A stretch of DNA of 42,509 nt, taken from positions 1 to 42,509 of the forward strand of contig DAIOUH010000002.1 of the NCBI GenBank assembly GCA_036751585.1. Direction: 5' to 3'. The stretch comes from Prevotella sp. (lineage in GTDB: Bacteria > Bacteroidota > Bacteroidia > Bacteroidales > Bacteroidaceae). The translations under genes and the position numbers were made by a program. Shown here in pieces: positions 1 through 8,834 of this stretch. The notes under the pieces were generated by a model that was not told the DNA's origin, ran no database searches, and worked only from the letters and a program-made list of their open reading frames with translations. Each line of letters begins with the position of its first letter. Positions within the stretch are counted from its first letter, which is position 1.

Positions 1-96
1 GCTTGAATCGCGTCGGCTTTACGCTTGAATCGCGTTGGCTTCACGCTTGAATCGCGATGGCTTCACGCTTGAATCGCGATGGCATTACGCTTGAAT
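1..96. repeat. 22-bp tandem repeat array (4 full units plus a partial; probably truncated by the window start)
   Basis: Units GCTTGAATCGCGTCGGCTTTAC (1-22), GCTTGAATCGCGTTGGCTTCAC (23-44), GCTTGAATCGCGATGGCTTCAC (45-66), GCTTGAATCGCGATGGCATTAC (67-88), then GCTTGAAT (89-96). Confidence 0.95.
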
Positions 97-229
97 GCCG
101 AAACACGACAAAACGCGGCTGAAAATGGCCGCGATAAGGTAACTTTCGCGCTCCATTGAGTTTTGGCTGACGGCAAATAATATTAAAGAATAAAGAAAAC
201 TTAAAATAAGGAAAAGGTGTAACAAATCC

Positions 230-260
230 TTTGCGAAGTCGTTTTTTATATGTAGCTTTG
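230..260 (+). promoter_or_regulatory. Bacteroidota housekeeping-sigma promoter for manC and the downstream regulator
   Basis: TTTG (230-233), 19-nt spacer, TAGCTTTG (253-260); matches the TTTG-N19-21-TAnnTTTG consensus, about 30 nt before the ATG. Confidence 0.75.
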
Positions 261-288
261 AACTAAACAAAACATAAATCTATACTTT

Positions 289-1380
289 ATGATGTCATTT
301 TCCGACAACGAATATTGTCTTATCCTTGCTGGTGGAAGGGGCCAGCGCCTGTGGCCATGCAGCCGCGAGAGCCGTCCAAAGCAGTTTCTCGATTTCTTCG
401 GCACTGGCAGGACACAAGTACAGCAGACCTGGGACAGGATGGCAAGGATAATATCACCCGACCATATATTGCTCAGCACCAACGTGCAATATCTCGACAT
501 CGTGAGGCAGCAACTGCCCGAATTGCCAACAGAGAACATTCTCGTGGAACCAATATTGCGCAACACCGCGCCAAGCATGGCATGGGCATGTCACCATGTG
601 GCCAAGCTCAACAAGGACGCGGTGATGATAGTGGTGCCGAGCGACCAACTCATACTCAACGAGGACGCTTTCAACAACAACGTGAAGGCGGCCATGGACT
701 TCGCCGCCTCCCACGACACGTTCATGGCGATGGGTGTCAAGCCCACGCGTCCAGAGCCTGGCTATGGCTATATCCAGACCGACAAGTCGATAAGGGAAAA
801 CATCTTCAACGTGAGGAGCTTCACGGAGAAACCAAACCGCGAGTTCGCAAAGATGTTCATGGACAGCGGCGAGTTCCTGTGGAACACAGGCATCTTCGTG
901 TCAAACATCAGTACGACCAAGAAGATGTTTTCCAAGTTCTTGCCCACCGTGCTCAATGCTTTCGACAAGCAGAATCCTGACGCCACGTTTGAGCAAGAGG
1001 CGGCGTACATGTCGGAGAGCTTCACGTCATACCCCAATATCTCCATTGAGGCTGGCGTGCTCGACAAGCTCGACAACGTGTGCGTGATGAATTGCGACTT
1101 CGGTTGGGCCGACTTGGGCACATGGCATGGCATCTATGAGGCTTTGCCCAAGAACAACGACGACAACGTGGTGGTCGACTCCGACGTGTACATGGAAAAC
1201 AGCCACCACAACGTGGTCAAGTTGCCGAAGGGCATACTTGGCATCATCAGCGGTCTCGAAGGGTTCATCGTGGCTGAGAAAGACAACGTGTTGCTCATCT
1301 GCAAGAAGGAGGATTCATCAGCTTTGGTTCGTAAATATGTCAACGAGGTGCAGTTGAAGAATGGCGACAATTATATTTAA
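289..1380 (+). CDS. manC: Mannose-1-phosphate guanylyltransferase
   Basis: N-terminal LILAGGRGQRLWPCSRESRPKQFL nucleotidyltransferase motif; EP..RNTAP, PSDQLI, GYGYIQ, FTEKP, WNTGIF and GWADLGTW motifs; C-terminal beta-helix-like region. Confidence 0.93.
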   Translation: MMSFSDNEYCLILAGGRGQRLWPCSRESRPKQFLDFFGTGRTQVQQTWDRMARIISPDHILLSTNVQYLDIVRQQLPELPTENILVEPILRNTAPSMAWACHHVAKLNKDAVMIVVPSDQLILNEDAFNNNVKAAMDFAASHDTFMAMGVKPTRPEPGYGYIQTDKSIRENIFNVRSFTEKPNREFAKMFMDSGEFLWNTGIFVSNISTTKKMFSKFLPTVLNAFDKQNPDATFEQEAAYMSESFTSYPNISIEAGVLDKLDNVCVMNCDFGWADLGTWHGIYEALPKNNDDNVVVDSDVYMENSHHNVVKLPKGILGIISGLEGFIVAEKDNVLLICKKEDSSALVRKYVNEVQLKNGDNYI

Positions 1381-3652
1381 GCATATCAGGCTTACGCGTA
1401 TCAAGCTGATACATTTTTTTGCCATTGTTGCCATATTGCTTCTGTCGGCGTGCTCGGGTGGTCATTCCTATAAGTATGTCATAGGAGTGTCGCAGTGTGT
1501 TGGCGGCAAGTGGAGGGAGAAAGTCAACGACGAGATGCTCTCGGCTCAACACCTCTATGGCAACGAGGTGAAGGTGAGCATCGCCAACGCCAACAACGAC
1601 TCTCGCCTGCAAATGGCGCAGATAGACTCGCTTGTGGCATTGGGCGTGGATCTCATCGTGGTGGCGCCCAACGACATGACCATAGCCCCTGCCATAGCCC
1701 GGGCACGGAAGAAGGGCGTGCCCGTGGTGCTGTTCGACCGCAAGGTGCGCAGCAATGACTACACGGCATATATCGGTGGCGACAACGTGGAAGCCGGACG
1801 TGCCATGGGGCACTATGCCTTGTCGCTGTTGCGGGAGCGGTCGTTCGACCACGCGCCACGCGTGCTGGAGCTGACAGGAGGCACGACTTCCTCACCGGCC
1901 ATAGACCGTCACAGGGGGTTCTCGTCGGTGATGAAAGGCAAGAAAGCCATCAATTACAGTTTCGTGAATACGGATTGGTCCACGGAGGCCACTTACAAGG
2001 CCATGACCGACTGGCTCGACCGTAATCCCGTGCCCGACATAGTGTTTTGCCACAGCGACCTCGCGGCCAGAGCGGCTCATGATGCCGCCATGGACAAGGG
2101 CGTGGCTGGGAAGATGTTGTTTCTTGGCATAGACGGTCTGCCCGGCAAGGGCGAGGGCATTGAGGCAGTGGAGAAAGGCGTGTTTGCCGGCACTTACATA
2201 TATCCCACCCATGGTGAGGAAATAGTGAGGCTGGCGCTTGACATCCTGCAAGGAAAGAAGTTCAAGCGCGAGAACATCATGAAGAGCGTCATCGTCACGC
2301 CCGACAACGCCCCGATAATACAGCAGACCAGTTTGGAGATGCTCAGGCAGAGCCACGACTTGCTCATCTTGCAAGACAAGCTGGAAAACTATCTCGGTCT
2401 CTACAACACTCAGCGCACCATAACCTTAGTGAGCGTCACGGCAATGGCGTTGCTCATCATCATCATCTTGCTCATCTGGCGCATCGTGGTCATCACGAGG
2501 CGCATAAACCGAAGGGAGAAGAAGATGTACCGTGAGCAGACCCTTTTCTACAACAACGCGCGCCACCAGCTGCGCACGCCGCTGACCCTCATCGACGGGC
2601 CGATAAAGAAACTTGCCGAGAGCACGTCGCTGCAAGCCGACGACCGCACATTGGTGGACATCTTGAAACGCAACGTGGAGCAGCTCGCCCACATAGTATA
2701 CGACGTGCTCAACTTCAAGCCGGACGCCGCCTCGGAGCCATTGGCAGGCGACGTGGAGAAAGGAAAAGCCGACACGGTCTCCGATACCAACGCGCTGACG
2801 CAACTCCTTGACGCGCGGAGCATGGCGGATGACAAGGAAACCGACAATGGCATGGACAATGGCACCGACAACGGCAACAGCCTCCCGACGGTTCTCATCG
2901 TCGATGACAACACCGACATGCGCACATACCTTAGGACGCTCCTCTCCGACAAATACTATGTGGTGGAGGCTGCCGATGGCGAGAGCGGCTTGAAGGTGGC
3001 CCGCGCTACCGTGCCCGACCTCATCGTGAGCGACGTGATGATGCCCGTGATGGACGGCTTGCAATTCTGCCGAAAGATAAAAGACGATGCCATGACGTCA
3101 CACATCCCTGTCATACTCCTCACGGCGCGCAGCACGGAGAGCCAGCAGGTGGAAGGCTTGGGCTGTGGCGCCGACGCCTACATGACAAAGCCTTTCAGCG
3201 CCAACCTCCTCGTGGCGCGCATAGACAACCTGCTCAAGAGCCGCGCCCAGCTGCGTCACCTCTTCGACGGCAACAAGCAGGAAAGCAAGGCCGAGGAGAT
3301 GCGGATGGCTTCTTCCGACTGCGAGTTTGTCAATCGGTTGATGGACGTGATAAACAGTCACATGGCGGACAGCAACCTCAAGATGGACGACATAGGAGCC
3401 GAAATGGGCATAAGCCGCGTGCAACTCTACCGCAAGGTGAAAGCCTTGACAAACATGTCGCCAGTGGAATTTCTCAAGCAGATGCGTCTTAAAAAGGCCA
3501 TGACAAAGCTTTTGCACACAAGCGATACGGTTTCCGTCATTGCCTATGACACGGGATTCAGTTCGCCGGCTTATTTCTCCACCTGTTTCAAGAAGCAGTT
3601 TGGCAAGTACCCTACCGAGTACAGGGAAGGCAATTCAAACAAGAAGGAATGA
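1361..3652 (+). CDS. Hybrid two-component-type sensor/regulator of the fructan locus (BT1754-like: periplasmic sugar-binding domain, TM, HisKA, receiver, AraC), lacking a recognisable HATPase domain
   Basis: RbsB-like domain (IGVSQC, GVDLIVVAP, GVPVVLFDR, IGGDNVEAG, FLGIDGLP); TM ITLVSVTAMALLIIIILLIW; H-box RHQLRTPLTLI; receiver VLIVDD...SDVMMP...LTAR...TKPF; AraC HTH (SRVQLYRKVK...GFSSPAYFSTCFKKQFG). Overlaps the manC stop by 20 bp. Confidence 0.9.
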   Translation: MATIIFKHIRLTRIKLIHFFAIVAILLLSACSGGHSYKYVIGVSQCVGGKWREKVNDEMLSAQHLYGNEVKVSIANANNDSRLQMAQIDSLVALGVDLIVVAPNDMTIAPAIARARKKGVPVVLFDRKVRSNDYTAYIGGDNVEAGRAMGHYALSLLRERSFDHAPRVLELTGGTTSSPAIDRHRGFSSVMKGKKAINYSFVNTDWSTEATYKAMTDWLDRNPVPDIVFCHSDLAARAAHDAAMDKGVAGKMLFLGIDGLPGKGEGIEAVEKGVFAGTYIYPTHGEEIVRLALDILQGKKFKRENIMKSVIVTPDNAPIIQQTSLEMLRQSHDLLILQDKLENYLGLYNTQRTITLVSVTAMALLIIIILLIWRIVVITRRINRREKKMYREQTLFYNNARHQLRTPLTLIDGPIKKLAESTSLQADDRTLVDILKRNVEQLAHIVYDVLNFKPDAASEPLAGDVEKGKADTVSDTNALTQLLDARSMADDKETDNGMDNGTDNGNSLPTVLIVDDNTDMRTYLRTLLSDKYYVVEAADGESGLKVARATVPDLIVSDVMMPVMDGLQFCRKIKDDAMTSHIPVILLTARSTESQQVEGLGCGADAYMTKPFSANLLVARIDNLLKSRAQLRHLFDGNKQESKAEEMRMASSDCEFVNRLMDVINSHMADSNLKMDDIGAEMGISRVQLYRKVKALTNMSPVEFLKQMRLKKAMTKLLHTSDTVSVIAYDTGFSSPAYFSTCFKKQFGKYPTEYREGNSNKKE

Positions 3653-3727
3653 GACTCCATGTCGTCGGGCGATACGCGTCGCGGCGTTTATATGCTGGAC
3701 AGTAAAGACTTCTGCATATTTATAATT

Positions 3728-3788
3728 ATCGTTCAAATGACTTAAAATTGTTTCATGTAACAATTTTGAAATCATTTGAACGATTTTT
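3728..3788. promoter_or_regulatory. Putative regulator binding region upstream of fructan susC (imperfect 57-bp palindrome containing 20-bp-spaced direct repeats)
   Basis: Left arm ATCGTTCAAATGACTTAAAATTGTTTCA versus reverse complement of the right arm ATCGTTCAAATGATTTCAAAATTGTTACA; AACAATTTT at 3759 and AACGATTTT at 3779. Confidence 0.6.
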
Positions 3789-3813
3789 TTATGTTTTGTA
3801 TTCTCGCAAAGCC

Positions 3814-3821
3814 TAATTTTG
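3814..3821 (+). promoter_or_regulatory. -7 promoter box of the fructan PUL
   Basis: TAATTTTG (TAnnTTTG) about 50 nt upstream of susC, followed by an AT-rich leader. Confidence 0.65.
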
Positions 3822-3873
3822 CGGCGTTACTTAAAAACAAATAATCGATAAACAACTTTAAAAACTATTGGCG

Positions 3874-6800
3874 ATGAGGCTACATTCGATCCATTACAGA
3901 CTTCTGTTGCCATTATTGTTGGCTTTTGTGTTTTCGGTTTCGCTGTTCGCACAAAACAACATTACCGTCACAGGTACGGTGACAGACAACACTGGTGAGC
4001 CCATTCTTGGTGCTTCCATCATTCAAAAAGGTACGAGCAACGGTGCGGTATCCGACCTTGACGGTCATTTCACACTTGTCGTTCCCCAGGGTACAACCCT
4101 CAACATTTCTTACATTGGCTTTGCCTCGCAGGAGGTGAAGGCCGCTCCAAATCTTCAAATCAAATTAAAAGAATCGGCAAACGACCTCAACGAGGTCGTG
4201 GTAACAGGTTATCAGGTACAACGCAAGGCCGACTTGACAGGTGCGGTGTCTGTCGTGAAGACAAGCACGCTCACCACATCACCCGACGCTGACCCAATGA
4301 AATCGTTGCAAGGCAAGGTCGCTGGCATGACCATCACCGACACTGGTTCGCCAAGTGGTTCGGCGACAGTCAGGATTAGAGGCGTGGGTTCGTTCAACTC
4401 TTCCCAAGACCCTCTTTATATCGTCGACGGCGTGCCAATGACATCAGGACTCAACACGCTAAACAGCAACGACATTGAAAGCATGCAGGTGTTGAAGGAC
4501 GCCGCCTCCGCTTCCATTTATGGTAGCCGCGCCGCAAATGGCGTGATTATCATCACCACAAAGCACGGTAAGAACAACAACAAGGTAAACATCGACTTCA
4601 CTACCAACCTTACCGCGCAGTTTTACACGAACCAGTCGAAGATGAAACTCCTCGACACCAAGGGCTATGCCACGGCAATGGCGCAGGCCGCCCTGAACGA
4701 CGGCATCGACCCTGTGGCATACGCCAGCAACTATGGTCTTGACCTCAATGCCAAGCAAGGCATCGGCATCAACGTATGGAATCCAGCGACAGGTCAGTAT
4801 CAAGACTTCACCGTCAACGGCCTTTATGGTGGCTACATCAACAGCAAGCGCACCATGGCATGCTCAGACACCGATTGGGTGGACGAGATTTCACGCACGG
4901 GATTCTCACAAAACTACAACGTGGCTCTTTCAAAGGCTACCGACAAGAGTTCGCAGTTGTTCTCATTGGGCTATAAAAATAATAGTGGTATATTGAAGTA
5001 TACCGACTTCGAGAGCCTCTCGGCTCGCATGAACACCTCTTTCAACGTCAGCAAGATGGTTACCGTGGGTGAGAACTTCACCCTGTCTTACACCAAGCAG
5101 GTGGATGCAGCTCCAATGGAGAACGCGTTGAAGATGTCGCCTACCGTGCCGGTCTATGAGACTGACGGTGTCACGTTCGCAGGACCTGTCGGTGGCATGA
5201 GCGACCGTCAGAACCCTCTCCGTGAGCTTTACCAAAACAAGGACAACCATCTCGACTATTGGCGTCTCTTCGGAAACGCGTATGTTGACATCAAGCCTTT
5301 CAAGGGTCTCGTGTTCCGTTCCAATTTCGGTATAGATTATACCACGTCGTTCATCAATGCCATGACCCATACGTTCAAGTCGGACATCGTGAACAACAAC
5401 ATAGCCAAGACAGACCTTGGCCAAACCAACAACACCAACTACACTTGGTCAAACACGCTCAACTATCTCTTCGACATCAAGAAGCGCCATCATTTCAATG
5501 TGCTCTTGGGTTCTGAGATTAACAAGCAGAGTGTGGTAGACTTCCACGCCATTTCGGAGGGATATTCCTTGGAGTCGAAAGACTATATGTGGCCTAATGC
5601 CGCCACAGGCACCATGAGAAACACAGGCGCCAAGGTTGGTTATCGCCTCGCGTCGTTCTTCGGAAAGGCCGACTACAACTACAACGACCTCCTGCTCGCC
5701 TCGTTCACCCTTCGTCACGATGGCAGCTCACGCTTCGGCAAGAACCATCGTTGGGGCGACTTCCCAGCCGCATCGCTTGGCTTCCGTTTCTCGCAGTTGC
5801 TGCATGAGAAATGGCTCGACGATGCCAAGTTGCGCCTCTCTTGGGGTAAGACTGGTAACCAGGGCATTGACAACAACGCTCATTACGGTCTCTACGTCAC
5901 CGATTACGGCTTGGATCGTGTCACGTCGACCGCCTACGACATCTTCCTGCAAGGGTCAGGCACATTCCCCTCTGGCTATCGTGCCACGCAAACAGCCAAC
6001 GACGACTTGAAATGGGAGACCACGACACAATATAATATAGGTCTCGACTACACCATGTTCAATGGCAGCCTGTATGGCACGGTGGACGCCTACATCAAGG
6101 ATATTGACGATATGCTCATCAACCCAGCCTTCTTAGCCGTGATGGGCGAGGGCGGAAACCATTGGTCCAACGGTCCTTCGCTTCGCGACTGGGGTATGGA
6201 GTTCACAGCTGGCTATCGCAAGACATTGGCTTGCGGCCTTGGCCTTGACTTGACTGGCAACCTCGACTTCTACCGCAACCGTGTCACAAGCCTGCCTTCC
6301 TCGACAACGGGCTCTTACGCTCACACCGTGAAGCAAAACCTCGTGGAGGCTCGCAAGCCTTATGGCTCAATAGTGGGATATGTGGCCGACGGGCTTTTCC
6401 AAAACAAGGAGGAAGTGCTCGCTTCCGGACAGCCTAATGCCCGTGTGGGCGGCATCAAGTATGCTGACCTTGACGGCAATGGCGTAATCAACGAGAAAGA
6501 CCAGACTTGGATTTTCAACCCAGTGCCAGCGTTCTCATACGGTCTCAACATTGACCTCACGTTCAAGGGCTTTGACTTGACCATGTTCTGGCAAGGCGTC
6601 GCCGGAGTGGACGTGTACAACAACCAGAAATTCCAGACCGACTTCTGGAGCATCACCGACGCTGGCTCCAACAAGGGCAGCCGCTTGCTTGGCGCGTGGA
6701 CCACGGCAAACACGAGCTCTACCATCCCTGCGCTTACCACCAACAACACAGCCGATGAGGGACGCACGTCTTCCTATTATGTGGAGAATGGCTCTTACCT

Positions 6801-7005
6801 CAAGCTCCGCACCCTGCAGCTTGGCTACAACTTACCAGCTTCACTTCTCAAGAAACTGTTGATGTCGAAGGCTCGTGTGTATGTGTCAGGACAGAACCTG
6901 CTCACCATCAAGAGCAGTGGCCTCACTTGCTCAGACCCAGAGAACCCAAATTGGAACTATCCTCTGCCGACATCAGTGTCGTTTGGTTTGCAAATTGGTT
7001 TCTAA
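3874..7005 (+). CDS. susC: SusC/RagA-family TonB-dependent transporter (fructan PUL)
   Basis: Signal peptide; N-terminal extension (TVTGTVTDNTGEPILGASI); LNEVVVTGY; PLYIVDG; LKDAASASIYGSRAANGVIIITTK plug motif; C-terminal Phe. ATG at 3874 (alternative TTG at 3868). Confidence 0.95.
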   Translation: MRLHSIHYRLLLPLLLAFVFSVSLFAQNNITVTGTVTDNTGEPILGASIIQKGTSNGAVSDLDGHFTLVVPQGTTLNISYIGFASQEVKAAPNLQIKLKESANDLNEVVVTGYQVQRKADLTGAVSVVKTSTLTTSPDADPMKSLQGKVAGMTITDTGSPSGSATVRIRGVGSFNSSQDPLYIVDGVPMTSGLNTLNSNDIESMQVLKDAASASIYGSRAANGVIIITTKHGKNNNKVNIDFTTNLTAQFYTNQSKMKLLDTKGYATAMAQAALNDGIDPVAYASNYGLDLNAKQGIGINVWNPATGQYQDFTVNGLYGGYINSKRTMACSDTDWVDEISRTGFSQNYNVALSKATDKSSQLFSLGYKNNSGILKYTDFESLSARMNTSFNVSKMVTVGENFTLSYTKQVDAAPMENALKMSPTVPVYETDGVTFAGPVGGMSDRQNPLRELYQNKDNHLDYWRLFGNAYVDIKPFKGLVFRSNFGIDYTTSFINAMTHTFKSDIVNNNIAKTDLGQTNNTNYTWSNTLNYLFDIKKRHHFNVLLGSEINKQSVVDFHAISEGYSLESKDYMWPNAATGTMRNTGAKVGYRLASFFGKADYNYNDLLLASFTLRHDGSSRFGKNHRWGDFPAASLGFRFSQLLHEKWLDDAKLRLSWGKTGNQGIDNNAHYGLYVTDYGLDRVTSTAYDIFLQGSGTFPSGYRATQTANDDLKWETTTQYNIGLDYTMFNGSLYGTVDAYIKDIDDMLINPAFLAVMGEGGNHWSNGPSLRDWGMEFTAGYRKTLACGLGLDLTGNLDFYRNRVTSLPSSTTGSYAHTVKQNLVEARKPYGSIVGYVADGLFQNKEEVLASGQPNARVGGIKYADLDGNGVINEKDQTWIFNPVPAFSYGLNIDLTFKGFDLTMFWQGVAGVDVYNNQKFQTDFWSITDAGSNKGSRLLGAWTTANTSSTIPALTTNNTADEGRTSSYYVENGSYLKLRTLQLGYNLPASLLKKLLMSKARVYVSGQNLLTIKSSGLTCSDPENPNWNYPLPTSVSFGLQIGF

Positions 7006-7032
7006 ACAATTAACAATCATCCATTATCCATT

Positions 7033-8793
7033 ATGAAAACTTTTCATGTCAATATAAAGAGCGTCGCAAAATCAGTGGTCGTGCTTTGCCTGTCTTCGCT
7101 GACGCTCACTTCATGCAATGATTTCCTCGACTATCAGCCCACTGCTGTCATCGATGAAAACAAGGCCTTTTCCGACCCTGAAGGCATGGTGACAAGCGCA
7201 TACGCCATGCTTGGCGATTGCTGGTACACTTATCCGTTCAACCTTTGGCCTTATGGCGACCTCGCCTCAGACGACTGCCTGAAGGGTGGCTCAGGAACGA
7301 CCGACACGGAATACCACTCCGTGGAGATATTCTCTACCCTCACGCCGACCCTTGGCCCTCTCGATGAGCTTTGGTATCGCCTTTATTGCGCCATCTCACG
7401 CTGCAACCGCGCATTGCTCTCGTTGGACGAGAACGGTGTCAGCAAGTTGGGCGAGGCCACGACAAAGCAGCGCATTGCCGAGGTTAAGTTCCTGCGCGCG
7501 CACTTCTATTATAAGCTCTTCATGGTGTTCAACAAGATTCCATGGATAGACGAGAATGTCTACAAGAACAACCTGCAAGAGCAGACCCGCAACGACGCGC
7601 TGACCCACGAACAGATATGGGACAAGATTATCGGCGACTTCGAGGCGGCTTACAACGACCTGCCAGAGCAGCCTTCTGATGGTGGCGGTAGGGCCAACAA
7701 GGTGGCGGCAGCCGCGTATCTCGCCAAGTGTTACCTCCAGCGCGCGTGGGGCAATGGATACGAGGACAGCACGGGAGTGAAGTTCATCAACAAGGATTAC
7801 ATGCAGAAGGTGGTCGATTACACCGACGTGGTGGTCAAGTCGAAATATGGCTATCTTGAGGATTATGGCGACATCTTCCTTCCCGATTACAACAACAGCA
7901 AGGAGAGCATCTTTGCCGTACAGACAAGTGACTATGCCGATGACCACACCACCTATGGACGTGGCAACTGGTCGAACATGCTCAATGGCGTGTGGCAGAT
8001 GTGGTCGTGCGGATGGGACTTCCAGAAACCATCGCAAGACTTCGTAAACGCTTTCAAGACCGAAAACGGACTGCCTGAGTTTGATGATTACGACAAGACC
8101 AACGACCATCCCGTCAACGGCAAGCCGACATCGCAGAAGTGGGATCCGCGCTTGTTCCACACTGTGGGCATGCCTACTTTCCCTTACAAGTATGAGAAAC
8201 AATATACCCTGACCACAGCCAACTCGCGCACTCCAAACACTTATGGATATTACACCACGCTGAAATGCGTGCCACAGCGCAGCAAGGGTGAGACCTACAA
8301 TGGTTCTTGGCAGGCATTCGCCATGAACGACTACGTGATACGCTATACCGATGCCATGCTCGACCGTGCGGAGGCTCTCATTGAGCTTGGACGCCTGGAA
8401 GAGGCTCGCACAATCATCAACGCCATTCGCCAGCGTGCAGCCAACTCCATCAGCAAGCACATAGAATATGCTGCCGACCAGTGCCAGATAAGCCTGTATC
8501 CAGACACTTACTTCAAGGACAAGGAGACTGCCCGCAAATGTCTCAGATGGGAGCGCCGTCTTGAGACAGGACAGGAGCATGAGCGCTTCTTCGACCTGCG
8601 CCGTTGGGGAATGTTGTCGTCAACGCTGAACTCTTACTTCACCCGCGAGGCAAAGGACTCTTACGATGGACAGGTATACGCACAGTATTACAAGGACGCG
8701 CACTTCACGAAAGGCAAGAACGAGTATTTCCCTGTGCCATACAACCAGCTCTACTATATCCCTGGTCTCTACACGCAGAACAAAGGCTATTAG
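7033..8793 (+). CDS. susD: SusD/RagB-family glycan-binding lipoprotein
   Basis: Lipobox LTSC; AEVKFLRAHFYY, AAAYLAKCYL, IRYTDAMLDRAEALIEL, ERRLE, RFFDLRRWG and terminal QNKGY; directly follows susC. Confidence 0.95.
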   Translation: MKTFHVNIKSVAKSVVVLCLSSLTLTSCNDFLDYQPTAVIDENKAFSDPEGMVTSAYAMLGDCWYTYPFNLWPYGDLASDDCLKGGSGTTDTEYHSVEIFSTLTPTLGPLDELWYRLYCAISRCNRALLSLDENGVSKLGEATTKQRIAEVKFLRAHFYYKLFMVFNKIPWIDENVYKNNLQEQTRNDALTHEQIWDKIIGDFEAAYNDLPEQPSDGGGRANKVAAAAYLAKCYLQRAWGNGYEDSTGVKFINKDYMQKVVDYTDVVVKSKYGYLEDYGDIFLPDYNNSKESIFAVQTSDYADDHTTYGRGNWSNMLNGVWQMWSCGWDFQKPSQDFVNAFKTENGLPEFDDYDKTNDHPVNGKPTSQKWDPRLFHTVGMPTFPYKYEKQYTLTTANSRTPNTYGYYTTLKCVPQRSKGETYNGSWQAFAMNDYVIRYTDAMLDRAEALIELGRLEEARTIINAIRQRAANSISKHIEYAADQCQISLYPDTYFKDKETARKCLRWERRLETGQEHERFFDLRRWGMLSSTLNSYFTREAKDSYDGQVYAQYYKDAHFTKGKNEYFPVPYNQLYYIPGLYTQNKGY

Positions 8794-8834
8794 GCCGAAC
8801 AGTTTGAAAAACAATTTAAGACGGAATTTCAATT

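Noticed and set aside
1..96. Possible CRISPR array
   Set aside because: Total period is only 22 bp, the variable parts are near-identical rather than unique spacers, and no cas genes are in the window.
85..270. 61-aa minus-strand ORF
   Set aside because: Spans the AT-rich manC promoter region; no recognisable motifs.
3728..3784. Invertible (phase-variable) promoter
   Set aside because: The inverted arms are contiguous, the -7 box lies outside them, and no recombinase is adjacent.
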